Notes: a model not told the origin generated them from the sequence alone. Positions 1 through 11,947 are shown, counted from the stretch's first letter. The stretch is DNA of 64,000 nt from Octopus bimaculoides (GCF_001194135.2 NC_068981.1:41358238-41422237), one strand, 5' to 3'. Program-made: numbers and translations.

Positions 1-890
1 AAAAAATCCGATTTTTTTTTCTTAGTGAAAATCGTGTGGGTAAAAAGATCATTGGGGGTGGGGCGGGGAAATTTCCGAGGTTTCCACCTCACCCACCCCG
101 TTTTTCGGATCCCAAAAAGGGTTTTGTAGTTTATTAGGAGGTCACAGGAATTCATTGAAAGGAAAAAAAAAATTGCAATGATTCTGAGAATGCAGGGGGG
201 GGGCTTCCCCCCGCTCGCCCCCCTTTTTTCTGAACCAAAATAAGAGATTTGCAGGATATTAGAAGGTCAGGGTACTTGATTCCATGCAAAATATCTGAGT
301 TTTTATCTCTTTGTGAAAATCGTGTGGGTATTAATATAGAAATTTACCAAAAGAGCTAGAAGATCACAAAAGGAGCGCTTTAAGCTAGGTTGACTGTCAT
401 GGTTGCGAAGCTTTTAAAAAGCAGGAAGGTCATGGCTGGAAGACTTGAAAGACGAGATGGTTACAATTGAAACGCCTTTACAGAAAGACAAACAATCTCA
501 TACATATGGCTTATACGTGCTGATTTTCATTTAGAAACTTCTCGTTTCAGACTTTAAATGGCAATTTGTCACTTATACTCTTTGTTAATTCTCTATTAAT
601 ATAAATAACAGATAAGGGCAAAGGTAGTATCATTGTACTTTATATCGTTCGTTATCTAATTTAATTTTGATAATATTTAATCAGCTTATCAAGTATATTT
701 TTTTTCAATTTCAAAATTATTATTCTGTTACTAGCTTCTGTTGTTTAATAAACACATTAGCTTTCTGAGTGAAACATGACCTTAATTTTGGAGTATTTAT
801 TCCATCATTGATTTAGGACACCATCACCACCCCGTAAAAAAAAAAACTGTTTATAGTAACTTATTCCACGAAATGGTTTGTTAATCATTA

Positions 891-1058
891 GCACCCACTA
901 CACTCTGGTAGTGGTTGGCGTTAGGAAGGGCATCCAGCTGTAGAAACACTGCCAGATCAGATTGGAGCCTGGTGCAGCCTCCTGGCTTCCCAGACCCCCA
1001 GTCAAACCGTCCAACCCATACCAGCATGGAAAATGGACGTTAAACGATGATGATGATG
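891..1058 (+). mobile_element. RTE 3'UTR-only copy
   Basis: gcacccactacactc..gtggttggcgttaggaagggcatccagctgtagaaac...ccagcatggaaaatggacgttaaacgatgatgatg. Confidence 0.8.
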
Positions 1059-1515
1059 TAGGGTATTTGTGTGTGCACGCACGTGTGTTTGTGTGCGTGT
1101 ACGTGTTTGTGTGCACACGTATAATATATCAAACACCAAACAACATAAATTCTTCAGTTATCAAAATTATCACCACTTCAATAGAGCATGTCTAATTACC
1201 AAATGAGAAGGAGAGATAGACTTAGTGGAGCACAAGGGAAATAGAGCATACTAGCAGTATAGCTCTGCGTTGCCTGGGATTATGTTAAGCTAATCAAGCG
1301 CTTTGTTTCAAACCAAACTAAGTTAAGTTTCGACGAGTACTATCTTTTGTTTTGAGTCTCAGAGTTGTCAATGATCTATCAGCTGTTAAGGTACAGCATT
1401 CGGTAAATTCCATAAAAAATTTTTGTTTTTTGAACTGGAAATGTATATTTCATTTGATGTCAACATAAAGTGAAAGAGAGAAAATGATAGGGACGTGTTT
1501 TATGAGATGGTCTTT

Positions 1516-1604
1516 TAGTTGTCTTTTAGTTATATTCTACAATGATTAAGTGTGTGGTAGTACCACACACTTAATCATTGTAGAATACATCTAAAAGACA
1601 ACTA
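1516..1604. repeat. Near-perfect palindrome (44-bp arms, 1-nt centre)
   Basis: 1533-1559 pairs perfectly with 1561-1587. Pairing continues to 1516/1604 with two mismatches. Confidence 0.95.
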
Positions 1605-2175
1605 TTTGGCTAATTAGCAATGATTAACTCACCAAGATCCTACAACCAGGAGCTGATTCATGCACAGTTTCCTTTCTTTGCCTCTTCTATCACCAGTTTA
1701 ATGACCTCTGCTTTCCTGAAATAGTTCACTGCATACTCTGCCCACCTTTCTCTCTTCCTCCTTTACTGTGCTTCAAATCTTAAACTCTGCACTAAACACT
1801 GAATGCCAGTCTTTTTTTCTAGAAATGTAATCATCTGGATTCTCCCTACACTCTCCACGCACATGTTTCCATACAGACACTGATGTACAGATGTTCAAAC
1901 TGAACATTAACCATATCAATCTTGCTAGCCGTCTGCTCCTGATTAGTTTCCAAGCTAAGATATTACATTAACTCACAGTAAAATTAAATGTCTATAGGAA
2001 ATTTAACTCTGTGGAAAAACAGAACTTATATAAATGAAAATAATGATGAAGATAGAAAGAAAAAAGTATAAGGTTAAAATTTAAAAAAAGAAAGACAAGT
2101 AAAAAAGACAACATTATTATTTTAAAAAATCTGTGTTGTTTATTACAAAGAAACACTTCAAAAATAAATGTTTTG

Positions 2176-2402
2176 TTATAATTCAACATGTTTGTTAATA
2201 AAATTCATTTTATCACGATCTGAATTCAAAATTACATGATGATAAAAATTGACAACTTTTTCATAATTCCATATTGATATCTTTTCATTATCTCCATGAA
2301 TCATATTTGTAGACTCTGGAGTTAAAACTGATGGGGTGAATCGATAGATACTTTTTGTCAAATGTTTATAGTGGTGAGTATCTGTGTTGCCAACTGTCAC
2401 AC
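2176..2402 (-). CDS. PM20D1: PM20D1-like terminal coding exon 11 (227 nt incl. TAA)
   Basis: ctttag| acceptor, phase 1. Encodes (G)VTVGNTDTHHYKHLTKSIYRFTP...MIHGDNEKIS..., containing the GNTD and IHGxNE motifs. An AATAAA lies about 30 nt past the stop. Exon lengths sum to 1518 nt, giving 505 aa. Confidence 0.94.
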
Positions 2403-2934
2403 CTAAAGGAAAGAGATAGACAGAAGATATAAAAAATATGATTTTTTTTAGATGGAGTACAAGACAAATTGTGTAAAGAATGTGCTTTAATCAACTAAAT
2501 TCATTCAAATGTCTTATTTACCTATGTTCCAGTGTAATTAAATTGAGTCAATTGTTTGATATTTTGACAATTGGACATATCCATTAATTGAGAGCATAGC
2601 AGCCAATCATATCAACCTACAACTTGGCTGATATTTATTCTATTGGTACCAGAAAGATAAAAGGCAAAAATGAGTTTGGTAAGGATTTTAATGTAGCATT
2701 TTCTTGAATATTTTAACAATTCTGCTGATCCATTATCATGGCACCCACTGAGCAGAAACCTTCACCATGCCAAGTTAATTGTGCTCTTCTTATATATATA
2801 TTTATGTATATCTATGTGTGTGTGTGTGCGTGCCTATTGTGTTGCTTTGCTGTACTTGATAAGATGTATCAGGTTAAGTAAAATTACTGTCATCTGTACA
2901 TACAGACTTGTGTCACATAGAATACACTTGTGCC

Positions 2935-3137
2935 AGTGTTGCATAAGTGCATCTGTACTGGTGGTACGTAAAAACCACTCAGCACACTCTGTAAAGTGGT
3001 TGGCATTAGGAAGGGCGTCCAGCTATAGAGACCATGCCACAGGCAATTGGAGTCTGGACAGCTCCCGAGCTGGCAAGCTCCTGTCAAACCATCCAACCCA
3101 TGCAAGCATGGAAAATGGACATTAAACGATGATGATG
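2935..3137 (+). mobile_element. RTE 3'UTR-only copy
   Basis: Same tail family, ending aaacgatgatgatg. Confidence 0.75.
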
Positions 3138-3151
3138 TACATTCATATATA

Positions 3152-3628
3152 CTGTAAATCCTCAAGTATAGTCCGCCCTTGAGTATAATACGCAGGGGAT
3201 TTTTAGGGGGCTGTACCTCTGAAAAACCTAATCCTTGTGTATAATACGCACCCCTTTTCTAACTTGAGTCAATGAGGTCTATATAACGTCCTTGGTTTGT
3301 AGACATATATGCGGTAACGTCCTTTATTATTATTGTATATATAACATAATGCAAACGTGTAGCTTTTTTGTGCACTTTGTTTGCAGAAAATAAAGAAATA
3401 ACAGTAATAACATCAGTGAAAAATAAACATTAAGTAAATTGCCTTTACATATTTATCACTTTCAGTTACAAGCCCGACATCACAAAATGCGTCTGAATAA
3501 ACATTGCCGGACAGCAAATAGAGACTCGGACATTGCTTAGAAAATATTTTTCATTTTTAACCTCGTATATAGTATGCACTAGGGATTTTGACCTTTAAAT
3601 TTTGGGGATTATACTCAAGGATTTACGG
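3152..3628. mobile_element. Non-autonomous Tc1/mariner-pogo type MITE (477 bp)
   Basis: Imperfect TIRs CTGTAAATCCTCAAGTATAGTCC and GGATTATACTCAAGGATTTACGG. TA on both flanks (3150-51, 3629-30). No ORF. Confidence 0.8.
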
Positions 3629-3656
3629 TATATATATTTGTATGAAACCCTTTGTG

Positions 3657-3785
3657 AATCTCTGAAGAGGCCTAGCGGTTCGGGCATGTAACCCCATTTC
3701 AACATGTCATCCGATAATCACCCCAGCAAGAACTATTCGGATAGAATGGGGCATGCCAAAGCTAGGCCAAAACAGCTGTAAGATT
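3657..3785 (+). ncRNA. Minimal type I hammerhead ribozyme motif (Penelope/retrozyme type), G12>A mutant
   Basis: Stem I AATCT/AGATT; core CTGAAGA; stem II GGCCTAGC/GCTAGGCC; AAAA in place of GAAA; stem III AC[AGCT]GT; GUA cleavage triplet. Confidence 0.8.
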
Positions 3786-4292
3786 AAACTTCTGTTCATT
3801 CTCTAATTTCTTATGTACTTTGTACTTCTATATGTAAACCCGGTTGGCAAAATAACATGGTTTGTCATAAACACCTGTACTTTGTGTTTTTTCTTCTTTT
3901 TTTTTGTCACTTTACCTATGAATTAAATTAATGAATTCAACGGAATACCCTGTCTGCAAGTAGTTGGGTTCAGCATATTATCCTCCATTTTCTAATTGAT
4001 ATACATATTTATATACACCAATGCATGTGCATTCATATACATATATGTGTACATGTGTGTGAATGTGTGTGTGTTTGTTTACACTTTTTAGATCGATGAA
4101 ATGTTATCCTTTACTTGAAGAGAGAAATAAGGGCTTGTATCAGAAAGGGCAAGCATGGAAAAATGGACTAAAATGAAAGAATAAAACATGTATACAGGTA
4201 CTTATGTATGCATATGGATATAAAGGTCATAATGTAAACACTTAAAATAGATTGAATCTGTTAAACTTGATTATAGGAGCAGAAGAATTAAT

Positions 4293-4590
4293 CATCATCA
4301 TCATCGTTTAACGTCCGCCTTCCATGCTAGCATGGGTTGGACGATTTGACTGAGGACTGGTGAAACCGGGTGGCAACACCAGGCTCCAATCTAATTTGGC
4401 AGAGTTTCTACAGCTGGATGCCCTTCCTAACGCCAACCACTCAGAGAGTGTAGTGGGTGCTTTTACGTGTCACCCGCACAAAAACGGCCACGCTCGAAAT
4501 GGTGTCTTTTATGTGCCACCCGCACAAGAGCCAGTCCAGGGGCACTGGCAACGATCTCGCTCGAAAACCCTACAAAGGCCAGTCAGGCGG
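4293..4590 (-). mobile_element. Young RTE 3'UTR copy
   Basis: Near-identical to 33381-33638, 37027-37302 and the reverse complement of 55975-56260. Confidence 0.85.
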
Positions 4591-5467
4591 TATATATATA
4601 TATATAAAAAGGAAATAATGCCTAAAGTAGATGCAAACAGGAGTACATAGAGGACCGAAGGTGTAGAATTACAGAATCATGTGGTCATTATAGGGTAGCA
4701 GCTTCAATAATAATAATAAATGGTTCCAGTATCAAATATGAGACTGGAATGTTAAATGTCATCATGTAAGAAGTATTTTATGAATAGCAGAATGACAAAT
4801 GGATGAATTATGTTCATTTTGTAGCATCTTTACTGTATGAACCCAAGCATTGCAATAGAGAGAGGATGAAAGATTTTAAATGGGTTGAGTAGTTCAGGTA
4901 CAAATAGCAAGTCCGTTCACAGGAATTTAGAGTACATTCATTATCGTAAACTTATGATGATTACGTAAGTGTGTCTATGGTTGTGTGTGTGTGTGTTGTG
5001 TTCTATAATTGTCTGTGTATTTACCTCTATCTGTCTCTCTGTTATGGTTTTCCTCTCACTCTCTCTGAATATGTATATTGTTCATGCATACTGTTCCCAC
5101 CCTTGACTTCATATGACACAGAATGCAAGTTATTTATTACAGCTAACCCATTTGTAAATAAGAGGCCACTTTTTATATTTTCCGTGTCCACACAACTTAA
5201 TAATTCACACTCGAGACCCCACGGCAAAGGAATGACGTGAGAATCAGGCTAAGCTATATACGAAATATCTCTTACACCGAGAAAGTATGGTTGAAATCAT
5301 CCTTTAATAACAGCTCTTTTTGACAATACACACAGAAACCTGTCTTGATTTAGAGGCCTTTTCATTGGGAAAGAAACGATCTGAAATACAATACGGCGAA
5401 AAAATTGAAATAAAGGTATTCTATTGTGAGAATTTCCAGCAACAGTGGGCCACTCAGCAAATATATA

Positions 5468-5822
5468 CCATCATCATCATTATCACTATTTAACATGCGT
5501 TATTCATGCTGGCATGGGTTGGACGGTTTAATCAGGGCTGGTAATCTGAGGGACTGCACAAGATAAGTTTTTTTACGGCTACATGCTCTTCCTAATGCCA
5601 ACCACTCTGAGAGTGTAATGAGTGCTTCTATGTGCCACCGGCACAGGTGTCAGTTTGCATGACACCAATATCTGCCATGACTACGATTTCACTTGGCTCG
5701 ATGGGTCTTCTTCTCAAGCATGTAATTTGTCATTGCCTCCTGAGGCCTAGCACACAGAAGTTGCTTTTTGCATGCCACTGGCACGAGTGCTAGTTACATG
5801 ACACCAGCATCAGCTACATTGC
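5468..5822 (-). mobile_element. Older RTE 3'UTR/tail copy
   Basis: catcatcat..tttaacatgcg..catgctggcatgggttggacgg...caaccactctgagagtgt. Confidence 0.7.
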
Positions 5823-5826
5823 CTCC

Positions 5827-7020
5827 TTGAGGATGGAATGTGCCTTGGCATTGTGGATCAGTGACTGTAAGAAGGAAAACATCTGCTTGAGCGGTAACTT
5901 TATCTGCAAGAAAGGGCGGAAATTACACCAGCAGTTCGACAGAAGAGATGGAGTAGAAGGCACCAAAGAACCACAACCAAGACCATTGACAGCACAGGAG
6001 CCCGAAGATTTTCAAACCATCAAGGGATGGTTTGACCACTCCCAGAAATGGTTTAAAATAGAGTGTTTCCCTGCAGGGAGAGACAGCATTAGCTAACAAA
6101 GAAGCTGCCAAGAAGTACTTCGAGACCTTCAGGCAGATCATCAAGGACAAGGGGTACAAGCCAGAACAGGTTTTTAATATGGACAAGACTGGCTTGTTCT
6201 GGAAGAAGATGCCTTCCAGAAAGCACATCATGAAGGACAAAGCCAGAGCCCCAGGATTTAAGGCAAGAAGGACAGAGTGATGCTAATTATGTGTGGCAAT
6301 ACTGCTGGCTTCATGATGAAACCAGGACTTATCTTACAAGTCTGCGAACCGGAGGGCCTTCAACAATAAGAATAAAAACCTGCTGCCTGTCTACTGGATG
6401 CACAACCCCAAGGCCTGGATCATCAAAAGTCTAACTTTTGAATTGGTTCCATCAATGCTTCATCCCTCAAGCCAAGGAATACCTCCAAAACATGTGCATG
6501 GAATTCAAGGTGTTGCTTGTTATAGATAATGCTGGTGGTCACTCTTTGGATTTGAATTACGAGGGAGTCCAAGTCGAGTTCCTTCTTGCTAACACCACCT
6601 CTCTCATCCAGCCTATAAAGACATGATCCGTGCCTTCAAGGCACTTTACACGTGGAACTCTCTCCAAAACCTTGTGGATGCAATGGATTCAGACGAGAAT
6701 TTCAAGTTAAAGGAGTACTAGCGAAGTTCACGATCGCAATGTACTTGTCAGTCATCCACACTGCTCTTAAAGATATGAAAAAAAGAAACCCTCATCAAAT
6801 GCTGGAAGAAGACGTGGCCAGAGTGTGTCCAGGACTACGAGGGCTTCTCACCTGAAGACATTCAGCATGAGGCTGTCAACAATGCAGTAAAACTGACAAA
6901 GGTACCTGGTGGCGAAGGTATCGATGACATCACACAAGATGAGGTTAACGACCTCATCGATGCCCACTCTGAAACCCTGACAGACAAAGATTTGTTGGAG
7001 TTAACTAAGTCTGTCAGCAA
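5827..7020 (+). pseudogene. pogo/Tigger (TIGD-like, DDE_1 + CENP-B HTH) transposase relic, frameshifted
   Basis: Fragments ECALALWISDC...KGWF, GYKPEQVFNMDKTGLFWKKMP, VYWMHNPKAW, WFHQCFIPQAKEYL...KVLLVIDNAGGH...NTTSLIQP. Confidence 0.88.
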
Positions 7021-7333
7021 AGAGGTAGGCACAGGACGTCATGGGATCCTTCTGAATTGACGGGCACCACTTTTCATTTATGTTTTATGTAGTGTTTTTG
7101 GTACCGAAATACTTTCAAACTTCGTATACTTATATATTTTGTGTTGTAATTTCAACCAATCACTGACGTCTATTGAGGTGAAAACAATTACTGCTATGGA
7201 ATATAAACAACATGTTCTAGCAGTGTAATGGGATCTTTTCCCTTGAATAAAATTAGTGCCGTTGTTTGTCAACAACAACTATCGGCGGTACTGTTATTTA
7301 TAACATCATTCGTGCGTTTGTACTGGTTTTAGC

Positions 7334-7430
7334 TTTAGGGTTTTAGGGTTAGGGTTCGGGTTTTAGAGCTAGGGTTAGGGTTAGGATTATTTTTGCCATA
7401 ACCTAACTCATAACCCTAACCCTAACCCTT
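7334..7430. repeat. Short degenerate (TTAGGG)n followed by (CCCTAA)n, inverted telomere-like repeats
   Basis: tttagggttttagggttagggttcggg...tagggttagggttagg, then about 10 nt of spacer, then ccataacctaactcataaccctaaccctaaccct. Confidence 0.85.
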
Positions 7431-8801
7431 AAAACAAGACATAATGAACTGCAGAAAATTCTTAAAATTAATAATAATGGTAATAAAAAATTTTTTTTGT
7501 AAGTGGAAGAAGAAAAGGAGAGAACCCAATGGATTTGTGTAACGAGTAAATTTTCATATTCGACTAATTACATAAATAAACGTTTAGAAGGAAGGAAATT
7601 AAAGATGGATAGTAAATATGGATAAGCATTAATGTTGTATCATATTAAGTTACGGTAATTAACCTAAATAAATGGCAATACAAGGTACAAAACTATAAAG
7701 TAATGAAATAATAAAAGAATACATAATGTAGGTAAATGTATATGCAAAAATACCTATATGATGTAGTGTTGTAAATCAATCGTAAATTAATAAAAGAATA
7801 CATATGCAATGAATACATATTTAAAGTTATATTGGAATACTTGTCTAACTAAAACATTATATCCTGTCAGGAAAAACGTGCTACTTTGCATATTAGTTTG
7901 TAGCACAAAGGTATATTAATAGAAGTAGAGGAAAAAGTAGGATAGAATATTGAGTAAAGTACAAGAAACTTTTGATGATACTCTGATGGAATCTGTCTCT
8001 CCCCTTCACCATTCCCCTCCCCCTCTCTCTCTCTCTCTCTCTTCCTCTTTGACTCTCTCGTTGCTCACCTGTGTTTCTTTCTTTCTTTCCATTGTAGCTT
8101 TTCATGAAAAGCTTATACAATTTAAAAGAAAAAACCATCAACGGACCAGTCCAAATTTTCTTAAAAAAAAAAAAATCTATTGCTAAACACTTGGGTGGCT
8201 GTAGTTAACAGAAATTTAACCTTGCCGGTTTCAAATCCCTGTAACACTAAACAATTTTATTACATCTACTTTTATTTCTATATACTTTCAAAAAAGTGGA
8301 CGAAAACCTATGGTTGCAAAAAAGGGATCACCTCAGTAAATTTATTCAAAGTTTTTGGCCCAAAAGACTTAAGGATGGCAAGAGATTCTTTTACACACAA
8401 CTTACACTTATTTATATTTACTTTGAAGTAAGGGGCTCTCAAAATAATGAACCATTACAGAGAATAACTCTTATTATTCCTCTTTAGATCATGTATATAA
8501 GATGCAAGTGTGGTAGAGTTACAGTATTTTTCGTTTGAAAATGAGCTCATGTGGGCCCTATACCTAGCCTTAAAATTAACTGTACTAACTATATAAAACT
8601 TATCTAAATTATCTTCATCCTTAACAATGCATTTATAAGTTGCATTAGTAATTAGACAAAACCCATGAGGGGGACATAATCCAGGGTTTCTACAATTACA
8701 TGCAATAAAATTCTTTGAAGCAAAATATCTCTTCTAGAAGACACAGTGATCTCTCTTTGGACAGTTCCAGTTGTGTCCAAAAAAGGGCCAGTTTATGTAT
8801 G

Positions 8802-8834
<33 letters not shown>

Positions 8835-8976
8835 AATGAGCTTTTAGTTTCTGTCTAGCAAGTTTATTCGCTATAGTAGAAGGAAGCCATATGCTCAAGC
8901 TTTCAAACAGTGGGACTGAACCCAGAGCCATGTTTTTGAGAAGCAAAAGCTGGAATACATTCTTTCAAAAGCTTAC

Positions 8977-9142
8977 CTGGCACAACTAGAACATCAAGGA
9001 ATACTTCTCTGATGCTGTTTTTCACTGTATGGTAACCAAAACTAGCATCATCATAAGGTGAAATAAGAGAAGGTGCTATGTAGTTCTTAAGGGTAGTTTT
9101 CACCCTATCATCATTGATAATTTTGAGATGAAAATCAAATAG
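8977..9142 (-). CDS. PM20D1: PM20D1-like exon 10 (166 nt)
   Basis: ttgcag|...|gtaagc, phase 0/1. Encodes LFDFHLKIINDDRV...ISPYDDASFGYHTVKNSIREVFLDVLVVP. Confidence 0.92.
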
Positions 9143-9193
9143 CTGCAAATGGAAAATGTATAATAAACTATTTTTAATAATAATAATAATAAT

Positions 9194-9236
<43 letters not shown>

Positions 9237-10844
9237 ATAATAATAATAATAATAACTCTTGTAATTAATCATTATTATCACGGTTCTTTAGTATTCTACT
9301 TTAATGGTTCTAGTTAACATCAATCTTCATAATATTAATTGCTTTCAGCATGATAAAATATAAATTTTCAGTGGAGCACAAATATTTCAATAACTAGGAC
9401 ATAACCAGCTAAAAATAACTTTCTGTGCAGCATTTTCACTGAAAAAAACATCTCTAATTGCTTCCAATACCAAAAAACATCTCTAATTGCTTCCAACATA
9501 CACTTAACAAAAATCCTCCTAAACACTGTATACAATAAGCTTATTATAGCTATTATAAGCTCCCATCTCTCCTACGCACGTATATGCGGTCGCCCAGTGC
9601 AAGAAGATACTCCATTTATTCCTGTGAAAGTCTTTTGACTCCTAGAATTATATAGCTCATCATATCACATAACATCTCATGTTATATAACTTTCCATAAA
9701 TCTCTACCTTTTATTTCGCTGAGGCCTACTTTGTCTTTCATCCTTTCCAGGTCGATAAATTAAGTGCTGTTGAGCACAGGAATCAATGTAATCGACTTAC
9801 CCTATACCATAAAAAATTGCTGCTTTCTTGCTAAAATTTGAAACCATATATTTCTACCTCTCTTATAAGATCAGTATTTACCTTCTCGGCATTACTATTT
9901 ACGGGCAACTTAAGCCAAGGGCAACAACTCTTGCTGACCTTGCTGATATTTCCTAGACTACCTAGGCTCCTCTTCTCTCAAAATATGAGAAAGCTTCTAC
10001 CTCTATTAGACAGTCTGAAATCTGCTCACGATCTCTGACTCAGTCTATATTAACTTCCTTGCTGATCATCATTTCTTTTATTCTTGCTACGTCATTTCTA
10101 AGATAGTGATCACTAACAAGATTAGATAAAATTTTAAAAGTCACTACAAGTGATGAGTTGTTACCAAGCACTTCTGGAAACCTGGCCAGCTGAAATATCT
10201 ATATCATAGCAGCTCCACTTGTTTGATGACGAACATACTGGAGCCATCTTGTTCATATTATCTCCAACAAATATGATAAATCACCCTGCGAAGATCCATC
10301 TTACAAACTGGCAGTATAGTAGATAATATTCAAATTTGAAGATTTTTTTTTCTAAGATTGGAAATGATGTAGATATTTTCTTAGATTTTAATTTTAATAA
10401 TGCTCCGTTTCAAACATCATCCTTACTTTAGGTGTTTTCTTGTATTGTTCATACCACAAACATCAAATGATACATCTGGACGAGTATGTAAATAATCTGA
10501 CCTGGAAAATTTTTTATTCAAATTTCTCATTTTTACTTAACTCACTATTCCTAGGAAACCTGCCTTTCCTTACTTCTATTGGAGATATTGATGATATCAT
10601 TTATCTTTTACTTGTTTCAGTCATTAGATTGTGGCCATGCTGGGGTAACTGCCTTGAGGAATTTTATTCAAACTAATCAACCCCAGTACTTATTTTCTTT
10701 TTAAGCCTGGCACTTACTCTATTGGTCTTTTTGCGGAACTGCTAAATTATAGGGATGTAAACACACCAACACTAGTTGTCAAGCAGTGATAGGTGACAAA
10801 CACAAACACACACATACAGACATGCATACAGATATATACATATA

Positions 10845-11160
10845 TATTCTCATTTAATGTCTGTTGTCCATGCTGGCATGGGTTGGATGATTTGACCAGC
10901 GCTGGTAAGCTGGAAGGCTGCACCAGACTCCAGTCTGATTTGGCATGGTTTTTTATAGCTGGATGCCCATCCTAATGTGAACCACTCTGAGAGTGTGATG
11001 GGTGCTATTACTTGCCACCGGCATGAGTGCCATTTGCGTGACACCAGTATCTGCCACGACTGTGATTTTGCTCAGCTTGATGGATCTTCTTCTCAAGTAC
11101 AACATAATGCCAAAGGTCTAAGTCATTGTCTTCATGAGACCCAACACTCAAAAGGAACTC
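10845..11160 (-). mobile_element. Older RTE 3'UTR/tail copy
   Basis: Homologous to 5468-5822 and to the reverse complement of 43400-43815. Confidence 0.7.
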
Positions 11161-11169
11161 AGCCACTTT

Positions 11170-11800
11170 GCCCCCGATCTCTTCTATTTCCTTTGTTTAA
11201 TCAATCTGGAAACAGAGAATCTTGTAGCAATATCAATATGATGCAGAATCCAGGGCTTGGGAATGTACTCCTTCAAATCAAGACAAACTGTGTCAACAGA
11301 CTAATCCCTAAGAGGTAATCTCACCACTGTCTAAGAAAAAAATCTTCTTCACTTATGACAAATCTGACATTCATCATACTTCAAAGTTCTGCTATTCCAA
11401 ATGAAGGATACCAGTTCTCCTTTAAAGCATGAGTAAATTGGTGATGAAATTTTTCAGCCTTTTATCTCTTCTCTGTTCTGGAACACTATTTTAGATTTTT
11501 TATGTGTAACACAATGTTTTGAATATTACAATTTTCTAATAGTTTGTTATTTAAAGAAATACAATAGTAACTAGATGATGCAGCTTTCACTTTCACATAT
11601 CCAACCATGATCATTTTTGAAGTTAAACACTATTTCATCAGTTTTCATAGATCTATGGCTTAAAAGAAGAGATAAATCAGTTTCCACAATGTCAATTTCA
11701 TCATAAGCTCTCACACCTTCTATAGTAACAGGAAACTTGTCCATCTTACTAGACTTCATCCACAATTGCCAAAATAGAAACTTCTAACTGATTTTCTAAT
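11170..11800 (-). mobile_element. Degenerate LTR-retrotransposon pol relic in Ty1/Copia order (protease C-terminus, HHCC zinc finger, integrase core start)
   Basis: FPVTIEGVRAYDEIDIVETDLSLLLSHRSMK...FNFKND (protease tail), KFHHQFTHA and ECQICH (HHCC), VVRLPL..VDTVCLDLKEY...WILHHIDIATRFS (integrase). Interrupted by stops and frameshifts. Confidence 0.65.
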
Positions 11801-11901
11801 CTTAACAAAATCGTTATCTCTACAGTTCTATATTTAAGAGATGAGGAATTATGTACATTATTTACATTTGACGGATATTTGTCCTCATCTTGTTTGTTGT
11901 T

Positions 11902-11947
11902 AACACAATGTTTCGGCTGATATACCCTCCAGCCTTCATCAGGTGTC
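11902..11947 (-). ncRNA. Minimal hammerhead ribozyme motif, left copy (degenerate stem III)
   Basis: Minus strand reads GACAC-CTGATGA-A-GGCTG-gagggtatat-CAGCC-GAAA-CATT-GTGTT. Stem I GACAC/GTGTT, stem II 5 bp. Confidence 0.7.

Noticed and set aside
1-345. G/C-run-rich segment with a repeated gtgaaaatcgtgtgggta (26-43, 313-330)
   Set aside because: Probably the end of a DNA transposon truncated by the window edge. No TIR partner or ORF is visible, so it cannot be classified.
4346-4365. CTGAGGA...GAAAC in RTE 3'UTR copies as a hammerhead
   Set aside because: Only 5 nt separate the motifs with no stem II, and no stem I/III or UH is present.
9443-9500. About 29-bp direct repeat as a CRISPR-like unit
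   Set aside because: Only two adjacent copies with no spacer. This is a simple tandem duplication in eukaryotic DNA.
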